Of a DNA stretch of 64,000 nt, positions 28,908-39,268 are shown piece after piece. The translations under genes and the position numbers were made by a program. The notes beneath the pieces are model-generated. The model searched no databases. It saw only the letters and a list, made by a program, of their open reading frames with translations, and was not told the origin of the DNA. Position 1 is the first letter of the stretch. Each line of letters opens with the position of its first letter. Source of the stretch: Halarcobacter sp. (lineage in GTDB: Bacteria; Campylobacterota; Campylobacteria; Campylobacterales; Arcobacteraceae); the NCBI GenBank assembly GCA_963676565.1, contig OY781089.1, positions 1,344,001 to 1,408,000 of the forward strand. The letters are read 5' to 3'.

Positions 28908-30530
28908 TTATTTAATCTCATCATAACTTAGGGGTGCATCAAAGTAATACCCTTGAGAAAAGTCAACTCCAATATCTTTTATAACCTCATAAATCTCTTT
29001 ACTAGATACAAATTCCGCAACAGTTTTAAAACCAAACTTTTTAGCAAACTCATCTATAGTTTTTACGATGATTTTTTGATTTTCTGATTTATCTATACTT
29101 CTTATTAATGAACCATCAATTTTTACATATGAGATATTAAGATTTACTAACATATTAAAATTTGAATATCCCGCACCGAAGTCATCAACCCCAACTTTAC
29201 AACCATATTCATTTACTGTATTTATAAATTTAAATACCTCTTCAAAATTTGATATCTCTTCAGATTCTAGAATTTCAAATTCTAATAAATGAGTATATTG
29301 GGCATTCTCTTTCAAAACATTATTAATATGTTTCATTGTTACTGCACTGGCAATATCTTCAAAGGAGATATTAACAGCAACTCTTTTATTTTTTGTTTTA
29401 ATTAAGTTAAAAGCTTCATCCAGCATTATTTTAATAATGTGAGGGTAAAGTTTAGCTTTTTTTGCAATATTTAAAAAAGTATAAGGTGAAACAACAGTTC
29501 CATCATCTTCTATGTATCTAATTAAAGCTTCATATTTATAAATCTCTTTTGTCTTAGTATCTACGATTGGTTGGAAATATCCTTTAAAATCTCCATTTTT
29601 CACACCAGTTTTTATTTTTTTAATCCATTTAATATTTTCTTCAAAAGATTCTTGGATATTAAAAGAATCATTATAAATTAAAATTGGCTCAAATTTCTTT
29701 CTAGCATAGGTTACAACTCTTTGTGCATATTTATAAGCATTATTAGCATCACTCTTTGCAATACCAATTGTTATATTTAAATCAATCTCATGCTCATCAA
29801 TATAAACAGGTTCTTGTTCTATAAACTCTTCAAATTTCTTACATAAATCATAAAAGCTATTAACATCTCTATCAAAATTTTTTGATATTACTGCAAACTT
29901 ATCTGCTTCAATTCTATAAATAATAAATTCTTGATTTGAAAAATACTCTTTTAGAGCATCTGAAAACTCGATTAAAACTTTGTCTCCGTTATGTTCACCA
30001 AAAAGGTCATTAATAGTTGAAAATTTATCAATATTTATAATTGCCATTAAATCTTCGCTTGAGTTTTCTAAATCTTTTTTTAGTTTATTTCTATTTGGAA
30101 GATGTGTTAGGTTATCTGTATATAAATCTTTTAATTCATGGTAAAGTAAAGATTGACTCATTAGTTGTAAAAGTTTTTTCATATCAATTGGTTTTAATAC
30201 ATATTTATCTACACCAATATCAATAGCTTCAAGTAAATATTCTGTATTAGAAAATGCTGTTGCAACAATAATTGGAATATGAGGATTTATTTTTTTTATC
30301 TCCCTAATCATTTCCAGACCATTCATTATTGGCATATTTACATCAGTGATTATTAGGTCGATTTCAGATTCGTTTTGTTTAAAAAGATCAAGACCTTGTG
30401 CACCATTTTCAGCTACAAATTGTTTCTTTGTAAAACCTCGAAGGATATTTAAGGTAATCTCTCTTAATGCTACTTCATCTTCAGCATACAGGATTGTAAT
30501 ATTTTTTAGGATTGATACATTGTTAATCAT
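28908..30530 (-). CDS. REC-GGDEF(degenerate)-EAL protein, probable c-di-GMP phosphodiesterase
   Basis: Receiver TDVNMP; GGDEF replaced by EADKF; intact EAL, DDFGAGYS, KIDG, AEFV, QGY. Confidence 0.9.
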   Translation of the reverse strand: MINNVSILKNITILYAEDEVALREITLNILRGFTKKQFVAENGAQGLDLFKQNESEIDLIITDVNMPIMNGLEMIREIKKINPHIPIIVATAFSNTEYLLEAIDIGVDKYVLKPIDMKKLLQLMSQSLLYHELKDLYTDNLTHLPNRNKLKKDLENSSEDLMAIINIDKFSTINDLFGEHNGDKVLIEFSDALKEYFSNQEFIIYRIEADKFAVISKNFDRDVNSFYDLCKKFEEFIEQEPVYIDEHEIDLNITIGIAKSDANNAYKYAQRVVTYARKKFEPILIYNDSFNIQESFEENIKWIKKIKTGVKNGDFKGYFQPIVDTKTKEIYKYEALIRYIEDDGTVVSPYTFLNIAKKAKLYPHIIKIMLDEAFNLIKTKNKRVAVNISFEDIASAVTMKHINNVLKENAQYTHLLEFEILESEEISNFEEVFKFINTVNEYGCKVGVDDFGAGYSNFNMLVNLNISYVKIDGSLIRSIDKSENQKIIVKTIDEFAKKFGFKTVAEFVSSKEIYEVIKDIGVDFSQGYYFDAPLSYDEIK

Positions 30531-30632
30531 TAAGAGTTACTCCAAACTTATTAGGATATAATATTATACTATCAATTAGATATATATTAAATTATCAAAT
30601 ATTAGTTATTTAAAAATTATTTAGGAAATTTA

Positions 30633-33074
30633 GTGGGTAAAGTTAAATGTAATCACTGTCATTTATCATTTGATGATGGTGTAATGATTAAAGAGGGAGA
30701 ATTAAACTTTTGTTGTAAGGGTTGTCAAGGTGTATATCATCTTTTAAAGGATGATGGACTTGATTCTTTTTATGACAAGTTAGGTAACAAAACAATCTCC
30801 CCTCCAATTGAGATAAATGACGATGTACAGAGGTTTGATACAAAAAGTTTTGAAGATACATTTATTTCAGAAACTGACAATGGATTTAAACAAATTGATT
30901 TGATTATTGAAGGAATTCATTGTGCTGCTTGTGTGTGGTTAAATGAAAAAGTTTTATATGAAACTGAAGGAATAATTAGTGCAGATATAAACTTTACAAA
31001 CAACAAAGCAAAAATTATTTGGGATAATGAAAAAATAAAATTATCTGAGATAATCTTAAAAATTAGAAGCATAGGATACAACGCTTATGCTTATGATGCA
31101 AGTGTAGCTGACGAACAAGCTGTAAAATCAAAAAGAGAATATTTTATTAGAATGATGGTTGCAGTTTTCGCAAGTATGAACATTATGATGCTTGCAGTTG
31201 CAAAATATACTGGTTTTTTTACAGGTATTGATGAGCAAATTAGAAATTATATCCATGTAGCTGAGTTTATTTTAGCAACTCCTGTTTTATTTTATTCTGG
31301 GTGGATTTTCTTTAGAGGCGCATATTTTGGATTAAGAAACAAAATCTTAAATATGGACTTTTTGGTTAGTTCCGGGGCATCTTTAACCTATATTTATTCA
31401 CTTTTTGTGATGTTTGGAGCCAAAGGTGAAAGCTATTTTGACTCCGTTGTTATGATAATTACTTTTGTTTTAGTTGGAAAATATCTAGAAGTTATTGGTA
31501 AAAAAAGTGCAGTTGATACTTTGGATAAAATAAAAAGTTCTATTCCCCTTGAAGCTACAATTGTAGAAGATGGAGTTAAAAAAACTGTTGCACTAAATAA
31601 TATCAAAGTTGGTGATACTATTGAGATTAGAAGTGGAGAAAAAGTTTGTATAGATGGTGTTATAACTTCAGGTGAAGGAAGTTTTGATGAATCAAGTTTA
31701 ACTGGTGAATCAGTTCCTATATATAAAAAAATGGGAGATAATATTTTTAGTGGAACTATAAATAATGATTCACTTATTAGATATGAAGCAACTAAAACAT
31801 ACAAAGATTCAACACTAAGTTCTATAGTTACTTTACTTGAGGAGTCACTAAGTTCAAAGCCAGAGATTGAATATAAAGCAAATGAAGTTTCAAAGGGTTT
31901 TACAGTAACAATTTTAACTTTATCACTTTTAACTTTTTTAGTTTGGTATTTCTTTGGAATTAATTTAGGTTTTGACTATGAAGGAACTGACCATTTTGAA
32001 AAATCTTTTATTGTTGCAATTTCAGTTATTGTTATTGCTTGTCCTTGTGCCTTGGCTTTAGCAACTCCTATTGCAAGTTTAATTGGTATTTCAGAACTTG
32101 CAAAAAAAGGTTTACTTTTTAAAGAAGCAAAATTTATTGAAACCTTAGCAAAAGCAGATACATTAGTTCTTGATAAAACAGGAACTATTACAAAGGGTGA
32201 ATTAAAAGTTAAAAAAGCCAGAATAAAAGATGATAATATACATAAATTAAATCTTTTATATTCACTACTTGAATCATCAAATCACCCAATTTCTAAATCT
32301 GTAAAAAAATATTTAGAATCAAAATATGATAATTTGCAATTAAAAAATATCTATGACGTTAAAAATATCCAAGCAAAAGGTATGATTGGAAAATATGATA
32401 ATGTAGAAGGGAAAACTTTTCATCTTTTAGGTGGGAATATTGAACTTCTAAGGGAAAATAGAATCAATTATATATTTGATAGTTCAAACTCTGTTTATAT
32501 TTTTGCAATCAATAGAAGGGTTATTGCAACTTTTGAGTTAGCTGATGAAATTAAAGAGGATGCAAAAGAGTTAGTTTCTTATGCGAAGGCTAATGATATT
32601 GATGTGATTATGTTAACTGGTGATAATGAAGATGTTGCAAAAAAAGTTGCATCTAAAGTTGGTATAAGTGACTTTGTAGCAAATGTTGACCCAATTGGAA
32701 AAGCAAAATATATAAAAAAATTAAAAGAGGAAAATAAGATAGTTATTATGGCTGGTGATGGGATAAATGACTCAGTTGCCTTAGCTAGTTCTGATATTTC
32801 TGTAGCAATGGGTAATTCAGCAGATGTAACAATTTCAGTTTCAGATGTAGTACTTTTAAATAATTCTTTGACAAGTTTAAAAGAAGCCTTTGAAATTTCA
32901 AAAAGAACATTTAAATTTATAAAACAAAACTTACTACTCTCTTTGGTGTATAATATGATTACTATTCCTTTAGCAATGGCAGGATGGGTAATTCCTTTAG
33001 TAGCAGCAGCTTCAATGAGTTTAAGTTCACTTCTAGTTGTAGCAAATTCGATGAGAATAAAAATGAAAAAATAG
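30633..33074 (+). CDS. ccoI: P1B-type copper ATPase of cbb3 oxidase assembly (CcoI/FixI)
   Basis: CxHC and CCxGC N-terminus, HMA CAAC, TGES, CPC, DKTGT, YN, MSLSS; followed by ccoS. Confidence 0.88.
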   Translation: MGKVKCNHCHLSFDDGVMIKEGELNFCCKGCQGVYHLLKDDGLDSFYDKLGNKTISPPIEINDDVQRFDTKSFEDTFISETDNGFKQIDLIIEGIHCAACVWLNEKVLYETEGIISADINFTNNKAKIIWDNEKIKLSEIILKIRSIGYNAYAYDASVADEQAVKSKREYFIRMMVAVFASMNIMMLAVAKYTGFFTGIDEQIRNYIHVAEFILATPVLFYSGWIFFRGAYFGLRNKILNMDFLVSSGASLTYIYSLFVMFGAKGESYFDSVVMIITFVLVGKYLEVIGKKSAVDTLDKIKSSIPLEATIVEDGVKKTVALNNIKVGDTIEIRSGEKVCIDGVITSGEGSFDESSLTGESVPIYKKMGDNIFSGTINNDSLIRYEATKTYKDSTLSSIVTLLEESLSSKPEIEYKANEVSKGFTVTILTLSLLTFLVWYFFGINLGFDYEGTDHFEKSFIVAISVIVIACPCALALATPIASLIGISELAKKGLLFKEAKFIETLAKADTLVLDKTGTITKGELKVKKARIKDDNIHKLNLLYSLLESSNHPISKSVKKYLESKYDNLQLKNIYDVKNIQAKGMIGKYDNVEGKTFHLLGGNIELLRENRINYIFDSSNSVYIFAINRRVIATFELADEIKEDAKELVSYAKANDIDVIMLTGDNEDVAKKVASKVGISDFVANVDPIGKAKYIKKLKEENKIVIMAGDGINDSVALASSDISVAMGNSADVTISVSDVVLLNNSLTSLKEAFEISKRTFKFIKQNLLLSLVYNMITIPLAMAGWVIPLVAAASMSLSSLLVVANSMRIKMKK

Positions 33075-33082
33075 GAAAAAGA

Positions 33083-33319
33083 ATGATTAATGATACACTT
33101 TTTATGATGCTAATGGTTGGACTTATTGTCTCTTTTGCAGTTTTAGGTATGTTTATTTGGGGTGCGAAAAAAGGGATGTTTGATGATAGTGAAAAGATGA
33201 TGGGAGGACTTTTATTTGATAGCGAAGATGATTTAAATGATGCTAGAAGAAAAGAGGACAAGAAAAAAGAGGTTAAGGCTTCAGTAAAAAAAGAGCAAAA
33301 AAAAAGTGAACTACCATAG
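33083..33319 (+). CDS. ccoS: cbb3-type oxidase maturation protein CcoS
   Basis: ATG 33083 after AGGA; TM then FIWGAKKGMFDD. Confidence 0.85.
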   Translation: MINDTLFMMLMVGLIVSFAVLGMFIWGAKKGMFDDSEKMMGGLLFDSEDDLNDARRKEDKKKEVKASVKKEQKKSELP

Positions 33320-33330
33320 TAGCTCACTTT
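33302..33330. terminator. Bidirectional hairpin between ccoS and the cytochrome c gene
   Basis: AAAAGTGAACTAC-CATA-GTAGCTCACTTTT imperfect inverted repeat. Confidence 0.55.
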
Positions 33331-33351
33331 TCATTTAGGAATAATCGCTAA

Positions 33352-33630
33352 TTAAAATGCAGCGATTTGTTTTGCTAAATCTTCAATGTCTGCATCAGAA
33401 AGTCTTGCAACTTGACCTTTCATAACACCTTTCATAGCTCCACCATAAGATCCATCTTTATAACCTTTTAAAGCAGCAACAGTTTTTTCAACTGGCCAAC
33501 CTTTAATGATTTGTGATTTCCCTAAAGCAGCTTTTTCAGCAGTAGCTCCGTGACATGCAGCACATGGTGCAAAACTTGCAGCCATTAAAGATGCAGCAGC
33601 AATCATTGTTCCTAAAACAATCTTTTTCAT
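33352..33630 (-). CDS. Cytochrome c553-type monoheme cytochrome
   Basis: Signal peptide, CAACH, YGGAMKGVM. Confidence 0.93.
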   Translation of the reverse strand: MKKIVLGTMIAAASLMAASFAPCAACHGATAEKAALGKSQIIKGWPVEKTVAALKGYKDGSYGGAMKGVMKGQVARLSDADIEDLAKQIAAF

Positions 33631-33715
33631 TCAATCTCTCCTTAAATATAAAAATAAGATTTTAGCACTTTTAGCTTTTATTTAACTTACATTATCCATT
33701 TAATCGGGTATCTAT

Positions 33716-33734
33716 AATGATAATCTTTTTCATT
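33716..33734. promoter_or_regulatory. Fur-like box
   Basis: AATGATAATCTTTTTCATT; 12/14 match to the TGATAAT-N-ATTATCA core. Confidence 0.55.
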
Positions 33735-33785
33735 TATAGCTTACTTATCTTTTAAACTATTTTTTAATATAGTATCATCTACTTA

Positions 33786-34409
33786 ATGGGAATAATAATG
33801 GAAAATAACACAGTATTAGAAATAAGAAATTTAGATTTTGGCTATAACAAAGATAAATTAATTTACAAAAATTTTAAACTTTGTTTACAAAAGGGACAAC
33901 TAGTATCAATAGTTGGAAGTAGTGGTAGTGGTAAAAGTACGCTTTTTGAACTAATAAGTGGAAACTTAAAACCTTTAAAAGGGACAATTAGTGTTTCAAA
34001 TATAAGTTCAATTTATCAAGATCCATATAGTTCTTTTCATCCTTCTTTTAAAATCATAGAGCAAATAAAAGATGTTTTAAATCTAAAAAGTTTAAATTTT
34101 GAAGAGGAAGTTAGTAACAAATGTGAACTTTTAACTTTAGAAAAATCACTTTTAGAGAAAAAACCACATGAACTTTCAGGGGGACAACTACAAAGATGTT
34201 CAATTTTAAGAGCCTTACTTATGAAACCAGATTTACTTTTGGTTGATGAACCAACTTCGGCTTTAGACAATATTATTGCAATGGAAGTTATGCAATTGAT
34301 AATAAAACAACTTGAAAACTGTGGAATTCTTTTAATAACACACGACATGTCACTTGCAACTTGGTGCAGTGATGATATAATTAATTTAAATAAGATTTTG
34401 GAGAAATAG
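33786..34409 (+). CDS. ABC transporter ATP-binding protein (orphan)
   Basis: GSSGSGKS, QDPYSSF, LSGGQLQR, DEPTSALD; start may be 33798. Confidence 0.9.
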   Translation: MGIIMENNTVLEIRNLDFGYNKDKLIYKNFKLCLQKGQLVSIVGSSGSGKSTLFELISGNLKPLKGTISVSNISSIYQDPYSSFHPSFKIIEQIKDVLNLKSLNFEEEVSNKCELLTLEKSLLEKKPHELSGGQLQRCSILRALLMKPDLLLVDEPTSALDNIIAMEVMQLIIKQLENCGILLITHDMSLATWCSDDIINLNKILEK

Positions 34410-35345
34410 ATGACTAAACAGTGCACTAAAGCATTAGTACTTTTAAATATGGGTGGAGCTAGAAATAAAGATGAATTAAAAATGTTTTTAACAAATATGT
34501 TCAATGATAAAAATATTTTAACTGTTAAAAGCAATTTCTTAAGATCACTTATTGCAAAATTTATAGTAAGTTCAAGATTAAATAGTGCTTGGAAAAACTA
34601 TGAAGAGATTGGAAATCAATCCCCAATTAACCCTTTAACTGAAAAATTAGTAGATAGATTAAATGAAGAATTTGAAGATATTTGTGTTTATCAAGCTATG
34701 AGATATACTCCACCTTTTGCGTCTTCTGTTGTAGAAGACTTAGAAAAAAAAGGGATAAAAGATGTGGTTTTATTACCTTTGTATCCTCAGTATTCAACTA
34801 CAACAACAAAATCATCTGTTGAAGATTTTGAAGAGGTGGCAAAGGAAAAATTTAATATTAAAGTTATAGAGCCTTATTACCAAAATAGAGTTTTTAACGA
34901 GGCTTTAGTAGATACTATAAAAAATACAGTTGAAAATCCAAATGAGTATAATCTAATTTTTTCAGCCCATGGACTGCCACAAAAGATTGTTGATGCAGGT
35001 GATCCATATGAAAAACATGTAAACGAACATGTAAAAATTTTAGCAGAAATTTTAAAAGAGCAGGGTGTTGAGTTTAAATCAATCTCTTTAGCTTATCAAT
35101 CAAAAGTTGGTCCGATGAAATGGTTAGAGCCAGCTTTAGATAAAGAGCTTGAAAAATATAAAGACCAGAAGGTTTTAATCTATCCAATTGCATTTATTGT
35201 TGATAATTCAGAAACAGATTTTGAATTAAGTATTGAATATAAAGAGGAAGCTGATAAAATAGGTATTGCTGATTATAAAGTTTGTAAGTGTTTAAACTAT
35301 GATGATAAATTTATAAATGCAATTAAAGATATAACAAAATTATAA
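34410..35345 (+). CDS. hemH: Ferrochelatase
   Basis: LLNMGG, MRY, PLYPQYS, FSAHGLP, YQSKVGPMKWLEP. Confidence 0.96.
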   Translation: MTKQCTKALVLLNMGGARNKDELKMFLTNMFNDKNILTVKSNFLRSLIAKFIVSSRLNSAWKNYEEIGNQSPINPLTEKLVDRLNEEFEDICVYQAMRYTPPFASSVVEDLEKKGIKDVVLLPLYPQYSTTTTKSSVEDFEEVAKEKFNIKVIEPYYQNRVFNEALVDTIKNTVENPNEYNLIFSAHGLPQKIVDAGDPYEKHVNEHVKILAEILKEQGVEFKSISLAYQSKVGPMKWLEPALDKELEKYKDQKVLIYPIAFIVDNSETDFELSIEYKEEADKIGIADYKVCKCLNYDDKFINAIKDITKL

Positions 35346-35359
35346 AAAAGGAATAGTTT

Positions 35360-35908
35360 ATGAATGAGGCCTTACTTTTAGAGATTGCAAAAACTGCAAT
35401 TAATTCAAATTTTCATGATGATGTAAAAGTTGATAAAGAGAAACTTTTAAAAGAAAATTCTTTTTTAGGTGAAGAACAAGCTTGTTTTGTAACATTAACA
35501 ATTGACCATAGATTAAGGGGATGTATAGGTTCCCTTGAAGCAAAAAGAAGTTTAATAGATGATTTAATATCAAACTCGATATCAGCAGCTTTTGGAGACC
35601 CAAGGTTTTTAGAATTGACTGAAGAAGAGTTTGAAAAAACAGATATTGAAATCTCAATTCTAACAAAACCTGAACCTTTAGAGTATGATAGTTTTGAAGA
35701 TTTAGAAACAAAACTAATTCCTAATAAACATGGCGTAATTTTAGAATTAGAGGGCAAAAAAGCAACCTTTTTACCTCAAGTTTGGGAACAGTTACCAACT
35801 TTTAATGATTTTATGGTTCATCTATGTCAAAAAGCTGGTCTTGATCCACATAAACTTCCCGCACTTCCAAAAATTCATACCTATGAAGCAACAAAAATAA
35901 GAAGTTAA
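35360..35908 (+). CDS. amrA: AmmeMemoRadiSam protein A (AMMECR1 domain)
   Basis: CFVTL, LRGCIG, AAFGDPRF, ATFLPQVW, LCQKAG. Confidence 0.92.
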   Translation: MNEALLLEIAKTAINSNFHDDVKVDKEKLLKENSFLGEEQACFVTLTIDHRLRGCIGSLEAKRSLIDDLISNSISAAFGDPRFLELTEEEFEKTDIEISILTKPEPLEYDSFEDLETKLIPNKHGVILELEGKKATFLPQVWEQLPTFNDFMVHLCQKAGLDPHKLPALPKIHTYEATKIRS

Positions 35909-35909
35909 A

Positions 35910-36899
35910 ATGAATTATTATGAGAAAAAAGACAATGGAAAATATATATGTCTTCTTTGCTCATATTACTGTGAAATAGATATTGACAAAGTAGGGATTT
36001 GTGGTGTAAATAAAAACACAGGGGAAGGGATAGATTGTCTGGTTTATGGTCATATTAGTGCTTTTAATATTGATCCCATTGAAAAAAAGCCCTTATATCA
36101 TTTTTTGCCAAATTCAAACTCATTATCTTTAGGGACAGTAGGGTGTAATTTTCATTGTAACTTTTGTCAAAACCATGGTATTTCCCAAGAAAAAAATATT
36201 GATACATCAAACTATATAGAGCCAAAAAGAGTTGTTGAAATAGCATCTTTAAATGAGTGCAAGTCTATTTCATATACTTATAATGAACCAACTATTTTTT
36301 ATCCTTTTGCTAAAGATATTGCCATAGAAGCTAAGAAAAAAGGTATTAAATCTGTTTTTGTTAGCAATGGTTTTGAAAGTAGGGAAGTAATAGAAGATAT
36401 GAAAGGTATTATTGATGCTATAAATGTCGATTTAAAATCTTTTGATGAAAAGTATTACAAAACAAAACTTGGCGGTAATTTACATCAAGTTTTAGAAAAT
36501 TTAATTATTTTCAATAAAAATGGTATACATTTAGAGATTACTACACTTTTAGTCCCTACTAGAAATGATTCAAAAGAAGAGATAACAAAAATGGTAAAAT
36601 GGATAAAAGAAAATTTAGGGGTAGATATACCTTGGCATATTTCAGCTTTTCATCCTGATTACAAAGAATTAAAACTTCCTAGAACATCAATTGAAACTTT
36701 ATTTATGGCAAAACAAATTGCTAAAGAGTATGGATTAAATTATGTTTATATTGGAAATGCAGGCCTTGATAATATAAGCTCTTGTCCTAAATGTAATGAA
36801 AATTTAATTAATAGAAAATATTTTGAAGTGCAATCTTCAAAACTAGTTGATGGCAAATGTCCAAAGTGTAATCAAGAAATATATGGAGTGTTTAAATGA
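35910..36899 (+). CDS. amrS: AmmeMemoRadiSam radical SAM enzyme
   Basis: DPIEKKPLYHF, CNFHCNFCQN, YTYNEP, terminal CxxC pairs. Confidence 0.92.
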   Translation: MNYYEKKDNGKYICLLCSYYCEIDIDKVGICGVNKNTGEGIDCLVYGHISAFNIDPIEKKPLYHFLPNSNSLSLGTVGCNFHCNFCQNHGISQEKNIDTSNYIEPKRVVEIASLNECKSISYTYNEPTIFYPFAKDIAIEAKKKGIKSVFVSNGFESREVIEDMKGIIDAINVDLKSFDEKYYKTKLGGNLHQVLENLIIFNKNGIHLEITTLLVPTRNDSKEEITKMVKWIKENLGVDIPWHISAFHPDYKELKLPRTSIETLFMAKQIAKEYGLNYVYIGNAGLDNISSCPKCNENLINRKYFEVQSSKLVDGKCPKCNQEIYGVFK

Positions 36900-37699
36900 C
36901 CCAAAGAAAAACTGTAGTAGCAGGTTCTTTTTACCCAAATTCAAAAGAAGAGATTTTAGCTTTTATAGATAATTTTAATAAAAGCTTTAAACTAGAAAAA
37001 GCAATTGATATTAAACCAAAGGCAGTAATTGTTCCCCATGCAGGTTATATCTACAGTGGTTTTACCGCAAATTTAGCTTATAATTTATCTTCTTGTATAT
37101 CTTCAAAGCAAAACTTTAAAAGAGTAATTGTAATAGGTCCATCACATAGAACTTTTATAGATGGTGCTTCAATTGCTTTATATGATGAGTTTGAAACACC
37201 ATTGGGAAATATAAAAATTGATAAAGAGTATTCTTTAAAATTAAAAGAAAAATACAATTTTTTACATTTTGATGAGGAGTTACATTTTGAACATTCAACG
37301 GAGACTCAAGCTCCTTTTGTAAAAAACTATTTTGAGAATTCAAAGATTATAGAGATTGTTTATGGGAAATTAGATTTTAATGAGCTATCACTTTTAATAG
37401 ATTTCCTTCTTGAAGATGAAGAAAATTTTATCATCATTAGTACAGACTTAAGTCATTTTTATTCACAAAATGAGGCAAAAAAGTTAGATAATATTTGTTT
37501 AAATGCAATTGTTGAAAAAAACCTTGAAATGTTTGACCAAGGTTGTGAAGCTTGTGGAAAGATTGGAGTAAAAGCCATAATTAAATCAGCTATAAAAAAA
37601 GATTTAAAAACACAACTTTTACATTATTGTACAAGTTATGATGTAACTAAAGATGATAAAAGTGTAGTTGGTTATACATCTGCATTAATAGGAGTTTAG
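36896..37699 (+). CDS. amrB: AmmeMemoRadiSam protein B (MEMO1 family)
   Basis: VAGSFYP, PHAGYIYSG, GPSH, EHSTE, STDLSHF, CG, VVGY. Confidence 0.92.
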   Translation: MTQRKTVVAGSFYPNSKEEILAFIDNFNKSFKLEKAIDIKPKAVIVPHAGYIYSGFTANLAYNLSSCISSKQNFKRVIVIGPSHRTFIDGASIALYDEFETPLGNIKIDKEYSLKLKEKYNFLHFDEELHFEHSTETQAPFVKNYFENSKIIEIVYGKLDFNELSLLIDFLLEDEENFIIISTDLSHFYSQNEAKKLDNICLNAIVEKNLEMFDQGCEACGKIGVKAIIKSAIKKDLKTQLLHYCTSYDVTKDDKSVVGYTSALIGV

Positions 37700-37702
37700 G
37701 GT

Positions 37703-38467
37703 TTGTTATTTAGTTTAAAAAAATTATTATCTATTTTCTTGATGCCATTGTCTATTTCATTGATTTTGTTTTTTATTGGTCTTTATTTTCTTTTTTCAAA
37801 AAGTTATAAAAAAGCAAAACTATTTTTAAGTGTCTCTTTTCTTTGGCTTTTTTTAATCTCATATTCACCCTTTTCTAATGCACTTATTAAACCATTGGAA
37901 AATGAGTACAAAGCTTATTTAGATATTGATTCAAGTATTGAATATGTTTTAGTTTTAGGAAGTGGACATATTACAAATAAAGAGATTTCACCCCATTCTC
38001 AACTTTCTTCTTCTGCTCTTATGAGATTAACTGAAGGTATTAGAATATTTAAAAAACTAGATAATGGAAAACTTATAGTTTCAGGATATGGAGGAGATGA
38101 TATAACACCCCATGCAATTATCTCAAAAGAGGTTGCTATTTCAATGGGAATTGATGAAAAAGATATCTTAACTCAAGAGGAAGCAAAAGACACTTACGAA
38201 GAAGCACAATATGTGAAAAAATTTGTAGGTGATAAAACTTTTATTTTAGTTACTTCTGCATATCATATGCCTAGAGCCATGAAACTTTTTAAAGAAAATG
38301 GTTTAAATCCCATTGCAGCACCAACAGATTTTTTACAAGAAAAAGAACTTAAAATATTAAGTAGTCCAAATGCAAATAATGTAAGAAAAACCCAATTGGC
38401 AATGCATGAATATATAGGTACTCTTTGGGCAAGTATTATTGAAAAATATAGATTTTATGTAAATTGA
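37703..38467 (+). CDS. ElyC/YdcF (DUF218) envelope protein
   Basis: Two TMs, VLGSG, RLTEG, DTYEEA, VTSAYHMPRA, HEYIG; TTG start. Confidence 0.88.
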   Translation: MLFSLKKLLSIFLMPLSISLILFFIGLYFLFSKSYKKAKLFLSVSFLWLFLISYSPFSNALIKPLENEYKAYLDIDSSIEYVLVLGSGHITNKEISPHSQLSSSALMRLTEGIRIFKKLDNGKLIVSGYGGDDITPHAIISKEVAISMGIDEKDILTQEEAKDTYEEAQYVKKFVGDKTFILVTSAYHMPRAMKLFKENGLNPIAAPTDFLQEKELKILSSPNANNVRKTQLAMHEYIGTLWASIIEKYRFYVN

Positions 38468-38515
38468 GTAATCATTATAGTATAATTCCCGAAATTACAA
38501 TACTTAAAGAGTTAT

Positions 38516-39268
38516 ATGAATAAAATTATTGAGATAAAAAATCTTTTTTTCACCTATGATAAAAACAACGTTTTAGAAGATATAAATTTAGATATTTTAG
38601 ATAATGATTTTTTAGCTATTATTGGACCTAATGGTGGAGGAAAATCTACTCTTCTTAAATTAATACTTGATTTATTAAAACCAAAAAAAGGGCAAATAAA
38701 ACGAGATGTAAAAATTAGTTCTATTGGCTATGTTCCTCAGAATACAAATTTAAACACTGATTTTCCAATCACAGCTTTAGAGGTTGTCTTAATGGGACAT
38801 GTAGGTAAGAAAAAATCTTTTTTTGGCCACTGTAAAGAGGATATATCATGTGCGATGAACTCTTTAAAGCAAGTGGGAATGGAAGAATTTGCTAATAGTA
38901 AAATTGGTGATTTAAGTGGAGGTCAAAGACAAAGGGTGTTTATTGCAAGGGCACTTTGTTCAAACCCAAAGGTTATGTTACTTGATGAACCAACTGCAAG
39001 TATTGATGTAAAAGGTCAAACAGAAATCTATGAACTTCTAAAAGAGTTAAATAAATCTATTTCAATAGTTGTTATTAGTCATGATATCTCTGTACTTATG
39101 AATTATGCAAAAAATGTTGCCCATGTAAATAAAAACCTTGTATATCATCATTTAAAAAATATTGAACAAACCTTTGATACTCAAAATGAGCATCTGTGTG
39201 AAGTTGAACTTTTATCAGCATTAGGGAAAAAACAAGTTTGTTGTAATCATACCCATGGAGATGAATAA
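38516..39268 (+). CDS. Zn/Mn ABC transporter ATPase (ZnuC-like)
   Basis: GPNGGGKS, GYVPQ, LSGGQRQR; Cys/His tail CCNHTH. Confidence 0.88.
   Translation: MNKIIEIKNLFFTYDKNNVLEDINLDILDNDFLAIIGPNGGGKSTLLKLILDLLKPKKGQIKRDVKISSIGYVPQNTNLNTDFPITALEVVLMGHVGKKKSFFGHCKEDISCAMNSLKQVGMEEFANSKIGDLSGGQRQRVFIARALCSNPKVMLLDEPTASIDVKGQTEIYELLKELNKSISIVVISHDISVLMNYAKNVAHVNKNLVYHHLKNIEQTFDTQNEHLCEVELLSALGKKQVCCNHTHGDE

Noticed and set aside
28908..30530. Active diguanylate cyclase
   Set aside because: GGDEF is replaced by EADKF; only the EAL motifs are intact
32984..33082. Longer CcoS overlapping ccoI
   Set aside because: Lies within ccoI; RBS and TM pattern favour ATG 33083
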